Positions 17,641 to 28,187 of a stretch of DNA of 32,000 bases are shown here, piece by piece. The DNA comes from Mycolicibacterium smegmatis (GTDB lineage Bacteria; Actinomycetota; Actinomycetes; Mycobacteriales; Mycobacteriaceae). Every line of letters starts with the position of its first letter. Within the stretch, counting starts at the first letter, position 1. The stretch lies in assembly GCF_001457595.1 (NCBI RefSeq), contig NZ_LN831039.1, forward strand, positions 5,280,001-5,312,000. Direction: 5' to 3'. A program made the position numbers and the translations under genes. The notes beneath the pieces were generated by a model. The model ran no database searches, had not been told where the DNA came from, and was given only the letters and a program-made list of their open reading frames with translations.

Positions 17641-18324
17641 CTACACGCCGAAGATCGGCGGGAGTGCGAGCACCATCGCCAGACCCCAGAAGAAATGGGT
17701 GAGCATCGGTGCGAGCACACCCCCGGTAACGCGGCGTTCCATGGCGCACACCGCGCCCAGGATGATGGCCGCGAACCCCAGCATGGGGTTGCCCGAGGCC
17801 ATCGTGGTCACGATGTAGATCAGCGTCGACACCACCACCGGGTAGAACTTCCCGAGCGCGGAGTACAGCGCACCGCGGAAGAACAGTTCCTCGGCGACGC
17901 CGTTGATGACGGTGATGAACACGATCAACGCCAGCGGCCCGGTATTGCTGAATTCCAGTACACGCGTGATGAATTCACGGATGCCGGGGATCTCGCGGGC
18001 AATGAGGGCGCCGACGACGAACACACCCGCGAGCGTGATACCGACGACGGCACCGGCAAGCGCGGGGCGCCGGTCCCGCCCACGGACATGCAGGTACCCC
18101 AGGTGCAAGGGACCGGACACGAACGCGCCGACGGCCCACACCGCGGCCAGCACCAGCGTCAGCCACAGGAACGAGCCGTCGCCGGGCGAGCGGGTCAGCG
18201 AGTATCCGAGCAGTCCCGCCCCGATGAGCAGGAACACCGAGACGACGATGCGTCGGCGCCGGATCTGTTCGGGCGCTTCGTGACACACCTCCGGCTCACG
18301 TGCCTGCTGGATGAACCGGGTCAC
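17641..18324 (-). CDS. CPBP family intramembrane glutamic endopeptidase (CAAX protease / Abi family)
   Basis: Motifs GVAEELFFRGALY (EExxxR), FAAIILGAVCAMER and LAPMLTHFFWG (FxxxH/H). I place the start at GTG 18324, which forms a GTGA overlap with the stop of the upstream gene. The 55 codons upstream in the track ORF are Arg/Gly-rich and overlap that gene. Confidence 0.8.
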   Translation of the reverse strand: MTRFIQQAREPEVCHEAPEQIRRRRIVVSVFLLIGAGLLGYSLTRSPGDGSFLWLTLVLAAVWAVGAFVSGPLHLGYLHVRGRDRRPALAGAVVGITLAGVFVVGALIAREIPGIREFITRVLEFSNTGPLALIVFITVINGVAEELFFRGALYSALGKFYPVVVSTLIYIVTTMASGNPMLGFAAIILGAVCAMERRVTGGVLAPMLTHFFWGLAMVLALPPIFGV

Positions 18325-19457
18325 CGCGCCCCCTTGGGCACCAGCCCGATCATCGTGTCGAGCCCTGTGCGCACCGCGCCTGCCACCGGGCCGGGCAACA
18401 GACCAAGCAACGCGAGTGCCGGACGGGTGACCGATGGCAGTACCGCGCCGGCCAACTGCCGCAGGCGTGCCGGGTCGCCGCCGGCCCACACCGGATCGGT
18501 GTCGGCGAGGTGGTGCGGATCCGGCAGCATGTTGACGGGTTTGCGGCGCCCGCCCGCAAGTGCCCGCCGGATCGCGTCGTCGACGCCGAGCAGACCGCCC
18601 GGCGGGTCCGGCACCACGTGGCGGATGCCGTCACCATCGGCGGTCATCGGATATTCAAGGGATACCGTGAGATCCGCGGTCAGACCGTCCGGCACGGGCA
18701 GCGCCACCGCGGACACGCGGGAAGCAAGACCGGTGGCCACGCCGCACACGGGCACGCCGAAACGCCGCTTGCCCGCCAAGCGGGAGTACGCCGCCAAAAC
18801 CCCACGGTAGGTGGTGGTCTCGGGCCCACAGATGTCATATGCCCCGGCGGGCACCTTATCGGTGTCGGCCGCGGCCACCAGATAGTGCAGCACGTCGCGG
18901 ATCGAGATGGGATCCATGGGGTTCGACAGCCACGACGGCAGCGGCATCACCGGGAAACGGTCGGCCACGTACCGCAGGATCTCGAACGACGTCGACCCCG
19001 CGCCGATGATCATCGCCGCGCCAAGCCACACCACCTCGGGGCCGCCGTCCACACTCAGAGCATGGGCCACCTCGGCACGGCCCGCCAGGTGATCGGACAA
19101 CGTGTCGTCGTCGGGGACGAACCCGCCGAGGTAGACGACGCGCTGGACCCCGGCGTCACGTGCGGCCGTGGCGAGGTTGGTCGCGGCGCGGTTGTCGGCC
19201 TCACGGAAGCCGGGTTCACCGATGCCGTGCAGCAGGTAGTAGACGACGTCGATGTCGCCTGCCTTGCCGAACGCGTCACGTACCGAGTCGGCGTCGCCCG
19301 CGTCGAGCCGTACGGCGCTCACGTCGGGAAACCACCCGAAGTCGGTCAGCCTGGCCGTGTTGCGGCTTGCCACCACGACGTCGTGATCATGCGCCAGCAG
19401 CGCCGTGACCAGCCTCGAGCCGACATATCCGGTCGCGCCGGTCACCATCATCCGCAT
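18321..19457 (-). CDS. NAD(P)H-binding SDR / NmrA-like oxidoreductase with C-terminal extension
   Basis: 378-aa ORF. The N-terminal Rossmann motif MRMMVTGATGYVGSRLV and atypical-SDR layout are present. The C-terminal roughly 150 aa are of unclear family (possibly DUF2867-like). Confidence 0.8.
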   Translation of the reverse strand: MRMMVTGATGYVGSRLVTALLAHDHDVVVASRNTARLTDFGWFPDVSAVRLDAGDADSVRDAFGKAGDIDVVYYLLHGIGEPGFREADNRAATNLATAARDAGVQRVVYLGGFVPDDDTLSDHLAGRAEVAHALSVDGGPEVVWLGAAMIIGAGSTSFEILRYVADRFPVMPLPSWLSNPMDPISIRDVLHYLVAAADTDKVPAGAYDICGPETTTYRGVLAAYSRLAGKRRFGVPVCGVATGLASRVSAVALPVPDGLTADLTVSLEYPMTADGDGIRHVVPDPPGGLLGVDDAIRRALAGGRRKPVNMLPDPHHLADTDPVWAGGDPARLRQLAGAVLPSVTRPALALLGLLPGPVAGAVRTGLDTMIGLVPKGAR

Positions 19458-19466
19458 GCTGGGGTC

Positions 19467-20063
19467 CTATCCACGCGCCGTGTATACCCCCGCATCGATC
19501 GCGGCAACCGCCGCGTCCGCCGCACGGTCCGCGTCAGCGGTCGTGAGGCGCTTTGTGCTCGTGAGGAATTGGTAGTACAGCGGGGCCGACACCTGGCGAA
19601 TTGCCGCCGCGGCGTCGGTTCCCGCCGGCGCCTCGCCGCGCGCTATGGCGTCGGTCACACACCCTGACCACTCCACGATGCGGCGCGCATAGAAGTCCTC
19701 GAGCGCCTCGGCTGTGCGCGGATCGCACGTGGCCGCGGCGATCATGGCCTTGAACAACCGGCCCTGCCGCGCGTCCGCGAGCGTGCGGCGCACCAACCGG
19801 GCATTGGCCTGCAGATCGCCGCGCAGTGATCCGGTGTCCGCACGGGGCAGCGACTGTTCGGCCATATCGGTCAGCAGGTCGGCGACGAGCGCCGGGACGG
19901 TCCCCCACCGGCGGTACACGGTTGACTTCCCCACGCCGGCCCGTTCGGCGACCACGGTGAGCTCAAGACCGTCGAACCCGGCCTCGATCAGCAGATCCTC
20001 TGCGGCCGAGAGCACCGCCCGCCGCACAGCGGCGGTGCGCCCGCCGGGTCGTTCACCAGCCAC
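19467..20063 (-). CDS. TetR/AcrR family transcriptional regulator
   Basis: 198-aa ORF with HTH RRAVLSAAEDLLIEAGFDGLELTVVAERAGVGKSTVYRRWGT. It lies 9 nt upstream of the SDR gene on the same strand. Confidence 0.9.
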   Translation of the reverse strand: MAGERPGGRTAAVRRAVLSAAEDLLIEAGFDGLELTVVAERAGVGKSTVYRRWGTVPALVADLLTDMAEQSLPRADTGSLRGDLQANARLVRRTLADARQGRLFKAMIAAATCDPRTAEALEDFYARRIVEWSGCVTDAIARGEAPAGTDAAAAIRQVSAPLYYQFLTSTKRLTTADADRAADAAVAAIDAGVYTARG

Positions 20064-20141
20064 CCGCCCATCTTAATAGGAACTTCGTCCCGTTAGTGTT
20101 ATCGTCCGTTATCGGGAATACAGTTTCGTTAAGGAGTGATG

Positions 20142-21150
<1,009 letters not shown>

Positions 21151-21179
<29 letters not shown>

Positions 21180-21672
21180 GGTGCACGTAGGCCTTGGCGT
21201 TGAAGCGGTTGTGCTCGACCTCGTCGTCGCTCATCTCGCGTCGCACCTTGCCCGGCACGCCCGCCACGAGCGAACGCGGCGGCACCACCATGCCCTGCGG
21301 CACCACCGCACCCGCGGCCACCAGCGAACCGGCGCCGATCACGGCGCCGTTGAGCACCACCGCGCCCATGCCGATCAGGCTGTCGTCCTCGACGGTGCAG
21401 CCGTGCAGCACCACGTTGTGGCCGACCGTCACGCCGGTGCCGAGGCGGCACGGGAAGCCGGGGTCGACGTGCACGGTGACGCCGTCCTGGATGTTGCTGC
21501 CCTCACCGATCTCGATGGGCTCGGACTCGGCGCGCAACGTCGCGCCGTACCAGACGCTGGCGCGTGCGGCCAGCGAAACCTGGCCGATCACACTGGCATT
21601 GGGCGCCACGAACGATTCGGGATCGAGTTGCGGCGCATGGCCGAGGATGGGGATGATCAGCGGCTCCGGCAT
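21151..21672 (-). CDS. Gamma-class carbonic anhydrase family protein (left-handed beta-helix, hexapeptide repeats)
   Basis: ORF 21151..21690. PQLDPESFVAPNASVIGQVSL, VWYGATLRAE, HVDPGFPCRLG, VGHNVVLHGC. ATG 21672 (MPEPLIIPI) is preferred. Its 3' end overlaps the convergent AKR gene by 29 nt. Confidence 0.85.
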
Positions 21673-21702
21673 GCGGGCAATGGTAGACACCCGACGCGGC
21701 GG

Positions 21703-22665
21703 TCAGGTGCCCTGGTAGACCTTGCGGTAACTCGACGGCGACATCCCGAGCCCGCGGCGCAGATGGTGGCGCAGGTTGCCCGCGGTGCCCAGTCCCGAGA
21801 GCCGGGCCACCTCGTCGATCGGAAGGTCGTGGGACTCCAGCAGTTCCCGCGCGTAGTCGATGCGCCGGTTGCGGATCCACGTCCCGGGTGACTGCCCGGT
21901 CTCCTCGGCGAACCTGCGGCTGAACGTGCGGGCGCTCATGTGCGCGTGGCGGGCGAGTCGCTCGACGGTGAGTTCCTCGTGCAGCCGGTCGAGCGCCCAT
22001 TCACGCGTCCCGGCCGTGGATGTGGTGGCCTGCTCGGGCTCAGGGAGTCTGCGGTCGATGAACTGCGCCTGCCCGCCCTCACGCCATGGCGGCACGACGC
22101 AGTAGCGCGCCACCGCGTTGGCCACCCCGGCACCGTGATCGGTCCGGATGATGTGCAGGCACAGGTCGATTCCCGCCGCGAGCCCCGCCGAGGTGAGCAG
22201 ATCCCCGTCGTCGACGAACAGCACGTTCTCGTCGACCGCGATCTTCGGATGAAGGCGCCGCAGCTCATCGGCCCAGCGCCAGTGCGTGGTGGCCGGCCTG
22301 CCGTCGAGCAGGCCCGCGGCCGCGAGCACGAACGCTCCGGTGCAGATCGAGACCAGCCGGGTACCCGCGGGAATCCTCGCCAGCGCGGCCGACACGTCCT
22401 CCTCGAGCACGCCGTCCTGCCGGGCGGCCGCATAAGTGGTGCCGGGCACGACGACGGTGTCCGCGCTCGCGAGCGCCTCGGGGCCTGCGGCGGGGACGAT
22501 CGCGAACCCGTTGGTGGAGTGCACGGGTTCGCCGTCGACGCCGCACGTCACGACCTCGTACAGGGGGTTGCCGTCGGCGTCGGTCGCGTAGCCGAACAGC
22601 ATCGGCGCGATGGTCGCGTCGAAGGCGATCACCGGAGGGATGAGGAGGACGGCGACGCGGTGCAC
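21703..22665 (-). CDS. GlxA-type AraC family regulator (DJ-1/PfpI-like N-domain plus AraC HTH)
   Basis: ORF 21703..22728. HRVAVLLIPPVIAFD... and SICTGAFVLAAAGLLDG (DJ-1/PfpI nucleophile elbow), with C-terminal MSARTFSRRFAEETGQSPGTWIRNRRIDYAREL. GTG 22665 (VHRVAVLL) is preferred as the start. Confidence 0.85.
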   Translation of the reverse strand: MHRVAVLLIPPVIAFDATIAPMLFGYATDADGNPLYEVVTCGVDGEPVHSTNGFAIVPAAGPEALASADTVVVPGTTYAAARQDGVLEEDVSAALARIPAGTRLVSICTGAFVLAAAGLLDGRPATTHWRWADELRRLHPKIAVDENVLFVDDGDLLTSAGLAAGIDLCLHIIRTDHGAGVANAVARYCVVPPWREGGQAQFIDRRLPEPEQATTSTAGTREWALDRLHEELTVERLARHAHMSARTFSRRFAEETGQSPGTWIRNRRIDYARELLESHDLPIDEVARLSGLGTAGNLRHHLRRGLGMSPSSYRKVYQGT

Positions 22666-22747
22666 GTCGGCAGTATGGCATGTTTTTGACGAATGATGGC
22701 GTTCATGCCACTTGGCCCGGGCGGGCACGGTCGGTCAAGGTGATCGG

Positions 22748-24061
22748 GTGAGCACGGACATCGGCCGAACCGCCGGACAGAAAGCCCAACGCATCCACTG
22801 GGCGTGGGTGGTCGCGGCGGTGAGTTTCGTGGCGATCCTGGGCGCTGCCGGCTTCCGGTCCATCCCCGGCGTGATGATGAACCCTCTGCATCACGAGTTC
22901 GGGTGGACGCACGGCACCGTCGGGCTCGCGATGTCGGTCAACATGATGTTGTACGGCCTCACCGCGCCGTTCGCCGCGGCGCTCATGGACCGCTTCGGCG
23001 TCCGGCCCGTGCTGACCGTGTCGCTGTTGCTGATCACCACCGGCTCGGCGCTGAGCATCACCATGACCGCCAGCTGGCAGCTGGTGCTGCTGTGGGGCGT
23101 GCTGGTGGGTATCGGCACCGGATCGATCTCGATGGGGTTCGTCGCGACGATCGCGACGCGCTGGTTCGAGCAGCGCCGCGGCCTGGTCACGGGTGTGCTC
23201 ACGGCCGCGAGCGCGACCGGGCAGCTCATCTTCCTGCCGATCGTGGCCGCGGTGACCACGCACCACGGCTGGCGCTGGGCCTCGCTCATCGTCGCGGCGG
23301 CCGCGCTGGCCGTCGTCCCGCTCGTCGCGGTGTTCATGCGCAACTACCCCGCCGACAAGGGCCTGGCGCCCTACGGCGCCGGGGAGGCCCAGGCAGCCGC
23401 ACCGGTGGTGCCCGCGAGCAGCTTCGCGGCCGCGTTCGACGGGCTGCGCCTCGGGGCGCGCTCACGCGCCTTCTGGCTGCTGGCGGCGAGCTTCGCGATC
23501 TGCGGTATGACCACCAACGGCCTGATCGCGACGCACTTCATCCCCGCGGCCAACGACCACGGCATGCCGACGACCGTCGCCGCGGGCCTGCTCGCCACGA
23601 TCGGCATCCTCGACGTCGCGGGCACGGTGTTCTCGGGTTGGCTCACCGACCGCGTCGATCCGCGCGTGCTGTTGCTCGTCTACTACGCCGGCCGCGGGGT
23701 CTCCCTGCTGTTGTTGCCGTCACTTCTTTCGCCGCAGGCCGAACCGAGCACATGGGTGTTCGTGGTGTTCTACGGGCTGGACTGGGTGGCCACAGTCCCG
23801 CCGACCATCGTGCTGTGCCGGGATTTCTTCGGCACGCGCTCGCCCGTGGTGTTCGGCTGGGTGTTCGCATCGCACCAGGTGGGCGCCGCTATTGCGGCCG
23901 CGGGCGCGGGCTGGCTGCGCGACCTCAACGGTAACTACGACATGGCCTTCTACCTGGCGGCCGGGCTGTGCTTCATCGCCGCGGTGTTCTCTGCCTCCAT
24001 CGGGAAATCGCAGGTCAGCAGTGAAGAAGCGGACTCGGTAGAGACGTCTGCTTTGCCGTAA
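22748..24061 (+). CDS. MFS transporter (MFS_1, oxalate/formate antiporter-like)
   Basis: ORF 22712..24061 with about 12 TM segments and LMDRFGVRPV. GTG 22748 (VSTDIGRT...) is preferred. It is divergent from the GlxA regulator. Confidence 0.85.
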   Translation: MSTDIGRTAGQKAQRIHWAWVVAAVSFVAILGAAGFRSIPGVMMNPLHHEFGWTHGTVGLAMSVNMMLYGLTAPFAAALMDRFGVRPVLTVSLLLITTGSALSITMTASWQLVLLWGVLVGIGTGSISMGFVATIATRWFEQRRGLVTGVLTAASATGQLIFLPIVAAVTTHHGWRWASLIVAAAALAVVPLVAVFMRNYPADKGLAPYGAGEAQAAAPVVPASSFAAAFDGLRLGARSRAFWLLAASFAICGMTTNGLIATHFIPAANDHGMPTTVAAGLLATIGILDVAGTVFSGWLTDRVDPRVLLLVYYAGRGVSLLLLPSLLSPQAEPSTWVFVVFYGLDWVATVPPTIVLCRDFFGTRSPVVFGWVFASHQVGAAIAAAGAGWLRDLNGNYDMAFYLAAGLCFIAAVFSASIGKSQVSSEEADSVETSALP

Positions 24062-24206
24062 CCGTTACGAAGCCTTTACGATCCGATGCGGCGCCGCGGG
24101 GAACGCCGAAGCATTTGCGCTTGCGGGTGCTCGCGTTCCGACCGATTCGGCGCGCGTCACCGGCAACCGAACGAACTGGCCGGCCTGAGCGGGAGGAAAA
24201 CCCAGC

Positions 24207-24962
24207 ATGCACACGCGTACCAAGACATTGGGGGCTGCCGCGGCAATCGCCGCGATCGCCACGTCTCTGCCACTGGCAGTCACGGCTTACGCCGAGCCGG
24301 AGACCACCACCGAGGCAGAGCCGACGGTCGAGATCCCCGATCCGCAGGGACCCGGCTGCGACGACTTCAAGAAGGCCGTGCCGTCCTGGAAGGCGCTCAA
24401 CGACGTGCCGGTCAGCCAGGCCCTCGCCGCCATCCCCGAGATCAGCACGTTCAACGCCGCGGTGTCGGGTGGCCTGAACCCCGCGGTCAACATCGACCCG
24501 GTGCTCGACAACGGCCCGTACGTGGTGTTCGCGCCCACCAACGAGGCGTTCGCGAAGCTCGCCCCGGGCCAGCTGGACGCGATCGCCGCCGATCCGGCCG
24601 CGCTGACGAGCCTCGACTACTACCACGCGTTCCTCGGCCTGCTCGGCAACGATGACGTCAAGGGACAGCGCCCCACCCAGCAGGGCGCCGAGATCAAGGT
24701 GACCGGCAAGGGCGGCGACATCGAGGTCAACGACACCGCCAAGCTCGTCTGTGGCGCGATCCACGCCCAGAACGCCCGCATCTACCTGATCGACACCGTG
24801 CTGGACCCGAACAACCCGCCGGAGGCGCTGACCCCTACGGTGTCGGGTACCTCCACCACGCCGACGACCACCACGGAGACCACCGAGCCGGCGCCCGCCG
24901 AGGCCCCGGAGTCGGCGGAGACCCCCGAGGCGATGCCCGCGGCCGACGCCCCGATCGGCTGA
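24207..24962 (+). CDS. Secreted fasciclin (FAS1) domain protein, MPT70/MPT83-like, with C-terminal Pro/Thr/Glu-rich tail
   Basis: 251-aa ORF with signal peptide MHTRTKTLGAAAAIAAIATSLPLAVTAYA. FAS1 motifs LAAIPEISTFNAAV, GPYVVFAPTNEAFAKL, RIYLIDTVL. Tail PTVSGTSTTPTTTTETTEPAPAEAPESAETPEA. GGGAGGA SD upstream. Confidence 0.85.
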   Translation: MHTRTKTLGAAAAIAAIATSLPLAVTAYAEPETTTEAEPTVEIPDPQGPGCDDFKKAVPSWKALNDVPVSQALAAIPEISTFNAAVSGGLNPAVNIDPVLDNGPYVVFAPTNEAFAKLAPGQLDAIAADPAALTSLDYYHAFLGLLGNDDVKGQRPTQQGAEIKVTGKGGDIEVNDTAKLVCGAIHAQNARIYLIDTVLDPNNPPEALTPTVSGTSTTPTTTTETTEPAPAEAPESAETPEAMPAADAPIG

Positions 24963-24978
24963 TCTTTCTTCTGCAGCA

Positions 24979-25020
24979 ACAGAACTGCCCCTTTTCCGAG
25001 CGGAAAAGGGGCAGTTCTGT
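24979..25020. terminator. Bidirectional intrinsic terminator between the convergent fasciclin and acyl-CoA dehydrogenase genes
   Basis: Perfect 19-bp stem ACAGAACTGCCCCTTTTCC / GGAAAAGGGGCAGTTCTGT with loop GAGC, followed by ATTT on the plus strand. It lies 17 nt after the fasciclin stop and 20 nt after the fadE-like stop. Confidence 0.75.
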
Positions 25021-25039
25021 ATTTGGTCGCGGCCAGACG

Positions 25040-26182
25040 CTAGACACCCAGGTCGCGGCCGATGATCTCCTTCATGATCTCGGTGGTGCCACCGAAGATC
25101 GTCTGGATGCGTCCGTCGACGTAGGCGCGGGCCACGCGGTACTCCATCATGTAGCCGTAACCGCCGTGCAACTGCACGCAGTTGTCGACGATCTTCTTGG
25201 CGGTCTCGGTCGCCCACCACTTGGCCTTGGCGGCCTCGACCGCGGTGAGCTCACCGTCGACGACACCCTGCAGGCAGCGGTCGATGTAGTTCTCGGTGAC
25301 CTCGAGCTCGGTCTCCATCTCGGCGAGCAGGAACCGGTTGTGCTGGAAGCTGCCGATCGGCTGGCCGAAGGCCTTGCGGTCCTTGCAGTACTGCAGCGTC
25401 TCGTCGAACACCGCGCGCGCACCGGCGATGGCCGAGATGGCGATCGAGAGGCGCTCCGACGGCAGGTTGGTCATCAGGTGGTAGAACCCGCGACCTTCCT
25501 TGCCCAGCAGGTTGGCATGCGGCACACGGACATTCTCGAAGTGCAGCTCCGAGGTGTCCTGGCTGTGCAGGCCCATCTTGTCGAGCTTGCGACCGCGGGT
25601 GAAGCCCTCCATGCCCCGCTCGACCACGAACAGCGAGAAGCCCTTGTGGCCGGCCTCGGGATCGGTGCGGGCCACCACGACGCACAGGTCGCAGTTGATG
25701 CCCGACGAGATGAACGTCTTGGAGCCGTTGATGATCCAGTCGTCACCGTCGCGCACCGCCGAGGTGCGGATGCCCGCCAGGTCGCTGCCCGCGCCGGGCT
25801 CGGTCATCGCGATCGCGATGATGAGCTCGCCGCTGGTGATGCCGGGCAGCCAGCGCCGCCGCTGCTCGTCGTTGGCCAGTTCCTTGAAGTACGGGCCCAC
25901 GACGTCGTTGTGCAGGCTCAGCGCCGGACCGTGCACACCGGACTTGGCGATCTCCTCGTCGATGATCGCGTTGAACCGGAAGTCGTCGGACCCGCCGCCG
26001 CCGAACTCCTCGGGCATGTTGAACCCGATGAGGCCGTACTTACCGGCCGCCGTGTACGCGGACCGGTCGACGATGCGCTCGGCCTCCCACTTCTCGGAGT
26101 GCGGGACGAGCTCACGCTCGATGTACTCCTTGACGGTCTGGCGGAACGCCTCGTGCTCTTCGTTGTAGATGAGTCGCTTCAC
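25040..26182 (-). CDS. Acyl-CoA dehydrogenase
   Basis: This is the C-terminal 380 aa of the 471-aa track ORF. GTG 26182 (VKRLIYNEEHEAFRQTVKEYIERELVPH...) lies 5 nt after the upstream echA stop. Motifs MTEPGAGSD and the YRVARAYVDGRIQTIFGGTTEIMKEIIGR C-terminus are present. Confidence 0.9.
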   Translation of the reverse strand: MKRLIYNEEHEAFRQTVKEYIERELVPHSEKWEAERIVDRSAYTAAGKYGLIGFNMPEEFGGGGSDDFRFNAIIDEEIAKSGVHGPALSLHNDVVGPYFKELANDEQRRRWLPGITSGELIIAIAMTEPGAGSDLAGIRTSAVRDGDDWIINGSKTFISSGINCDLCVVVARTDPEAGHKGFSLFVVERGMEGFTRGRKLDKMGLHSQDTSELHFENVRVPHANLLGKEGRGFYHLMTNLPSERLSIAISAIAGARAVFDETLQYCKDRKAFGQPIGSFQHNRFLLAEMETELEVTENYIDRCLQGVVDGELTAVEAAKAKWWATETAKKIVDNCVQLHGGYGYMMEYRVARAYVDGRIQTIFGGTTEIMKEIIGRDLGV

Positions 26183-26187
26183 TTGCG

Positions 26188-26982
26188 TTACTTGGCCTTC
26201 CAAACGGGCTGGCGCTTCTGCGCGAAAGCCAGCGGACCTTCCATGGCATCTTCGGTTTTCAGCAGCGTGACGAACTCGCGGTTCGTGCGCTTCCACGACG
26301 GCTGCTCGGCGGGCACCGTGCCCTCCTCGGCGCCGTAGGCGACGCGCTTGCTGGCCTGCACGGCCAGCGGTGCGTTGCACGTGATGCGTTCCGCGAGAGC
26401 CAGAGCCGCGTCGACGACGGTGCCGTCGGGCACCACCTGGTTGATCAGGCCCCACTTCAGCGCGTCGGCGGCGCTGATCGGGTCACCGGTGTACACCAAC
26501 TCCAGCGCCACCTTGCGCGGCAGCTGCTCGATGATGCGGAAAACGCCTCCGGCACCGGCGATCAGGCCACGCTTGACCTCGGGCAGACCGAACATCGCAC
26601 GCTCCTCGGCGACCACCAGATCACTGGCCAGCGCCAGTTCGGTGCCGCCACCGAGAGCGGTGCCGTTGACCGCGGCGATGGTCGGCTTGTCGATGAAATG
26701 GCTGACGTAGCCTGCGAATCCGTACTCGGGATGCTCGGGGTGGAAGAGGTTCTCCCCACGCGAGATCGCCTTGAGGTCCGCACCGGCGCAGAACGACTTG
26801 TCACCCGCACCGGTGAGGACCACTGCGCGAACCTCGGGGTCGTTCTGCGCTTCGGCCAGCGCGTCGCCGACGGCCTGGCTCACCGACGAGTTGATGGCGT
26901 TGCGCGCCTCGGGCCGGTTGATGGTGATGAGCAGGACATTGCCTCTGCGCTCGGTGAGAGCGCCCGGCGCGGTTTCGGTCAC
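26188..26982 (-). CDS. Enoyl-CoA hydratase (crotonase family)
   Basis: ORF 26188..27027. INRPEARNAIN, TGAGDKSFCAGADLK, AAVNGTALGGGTELALASD. GTG 26982 forms a GTGA overlap with the thiolase stop. Confidence 0.9.
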   Translation of the reverse strand: MTETAPGALTERRGNVLLITINRPEARNAINSSVSQAVGDALAEAQNDPEVRAVVLTGAGDKSFCAGADLKAISRGENLFHPEHPEYGFAGYVSHFIDKPTIAAVNGTALGGGTELALASDLVVAEERAMFGLPEVKRGLIAGAGGVFRIIEQLPRKVALELVYTGDPISAADALKWGLINQVVPDGTVVDAALALAERITCNAPLAVQASKRVAYGAEEGTVPAEQPSWKRTNREFVTLLKTEDAMEGPLAFAQKRQPVWKAK

Positions 26983-28136
26983 AGAAGCTCCAGGATGGTC
27001 GCGTTGGCCTGGCCGCCACCCTCGCACATGGTCTGCAGGCCGTACTGAATGTTGTTGTCGCGCATGTGGTACAGCAGCGTCGTCAGGATGCGCGCACCCG
27101 AACCGCCGAGCGGGTGACCCAGGGCGATGGCGCCGCCGTTGGGGTTCAGCTTCTTCTCGTCGGCACCGATGTCCTTGAGCCAGGCCATCGGAACGGGCGC
27201 GAACGCCTCGTTGACCTCGAACGCACCGATCTGGTCGAGGCTCAGGCCCGACTTCTTCAGCGCCTTCTGCGTGGCGGGGATCGGCGCGGTCAGCATGATG
27301 ACCGGATCGGCGCCCGCGAGAACCGCGGTGTGCACCTTGGCGATCGGCTTGAGACCGAGCTCCTTGGCCTTCTCGGCCGAGGTGATCAGCAGGGCGGCCG
27401 AACCGTCGGAGATCTGGCTGGAGTTACCGGCGTGGATCACGCCGTCCTCCTTGAAGGCGGGCTTGATGCCGGCCATCGCCTCGATGGTGCCGCCGCGGCG
27501 GATGCCGCCGTCCTCGAGCACGACGGTGTCGTTGCCGTCGGCGTCCTTGGTCTTGATGCCCACGATCTGGTCGGAGAACGCGCCCGAATCCTGGGCCGCG
27601 GCGGCCTTCTCGTGCGAGCGCAGCGAGAACTCGTCGAGCTGGGTGCGGCTGAAGCCCCACTGCTCGGCGATCATCTCGGCGCCGATGCCCTGGTTCGGGG
27701 TCTTGTCGTAGCGCGCCTTGAACGACTCGCCGTAGGGGTTGCCGCCGTTGGCCAGCGACGAGCCCATCGGGGTGCGCGACATCGACTCGACACCACCGGC
27801 GACGACGACGTCGTAGTGACCCGCGACGACACCGGCGACGGCGAAGTGCAGCGACTGCTGGCTGGAGCCGCACTGGCGGTCCACGGTGACACCCGGGACC
27901 GTCTCGGGCCAGCCGGCGCTCAGCACCGCGGTGCGCGCGATGTCGAGGGCCTGTTCACCGGCCTGCATGACGCAGCCCCAGATGACGTCGTCGACCAGTG
28001 CCGGATCGACCCCCGCGCGCTCCACCAGGCCGTTGAGGACCTGGGCGGACAGCTCGGCGGGGTGGATTCCCGACAACGCGCCGTTGCGCTTGCCGACAGG
28101 CGAGCGGACGGCCTCGACGATGACGGCTTCAGCCAT
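26979..28136 (-). CDS. Acetyl-CoA C-acyltransferase (thiolase)
   Basis: 385-aa ORF with MAEAVIVEAVRSPVGKRNG, VDRQCGSSQQ (active-site Cys), NEAFA and the CEGGGQANATILE tail. GAAGGAG SD lies 5 nt upstream of the ATG. Confidence 0.95.
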   Translation of the reverse strand: MAEAVIVEAVRSPVGKRNGALSGIHPAELSAQVLNGLVERAGVDPALVDDVIWGCVMQAGEQALDIARTAVLSAGWPETVPGVTVDRQCGSSQQSLHFAVAGVVAGHYDVVVAGGVESMSRTPMGSSLANGGNPYGESFKARYDKTPNQGIGAEMIAEQWGFSRTQLDEFSLRSHEKAAAAQDSGAFSDQIVGIKTKDADGNDTVVLEDGGIRRGGTIEAMAGIKPAFKEDGVIHAGNSSQISDGSAALLITSAEKAKELGLKPIAKVHTAVLAGADPVIMLTAPIPATQKALKKSGLSLDQIGAFEVNEAFAPVPMAWLKDIGADEKKLNPNGGAIALGHPLGGSGARILTTLLYHMRDNNIQYGLQTMCEGGGQANATILELL

Positions 28137-28187
28137 GACTTCTCCTTCGAAGATGGGTAGCTGTAACCCGAATGGGCGCTGTGGTCG

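Noticed and set aside
22676-22710. 7-bp inverted repeat TGGCATG-N21-CATGCCA in the GlxA/MFS divergent region
   Set aside because: The arms are short and the spacer long, so it is plausible by chance. I could not build a convincing promoter around it. It could be a GlxA site, but the sequence alone gives no support.
26183-26455. N-terminal extension of the acyl-CoA dehydrogenase ORF to 471 aa
   Set aside because: It overlaps the upstream enoyl-CoA hydratase gene in another frame and is Arg/Gly-rich. GTG 26182 gives a standard 380-aa enzyme.
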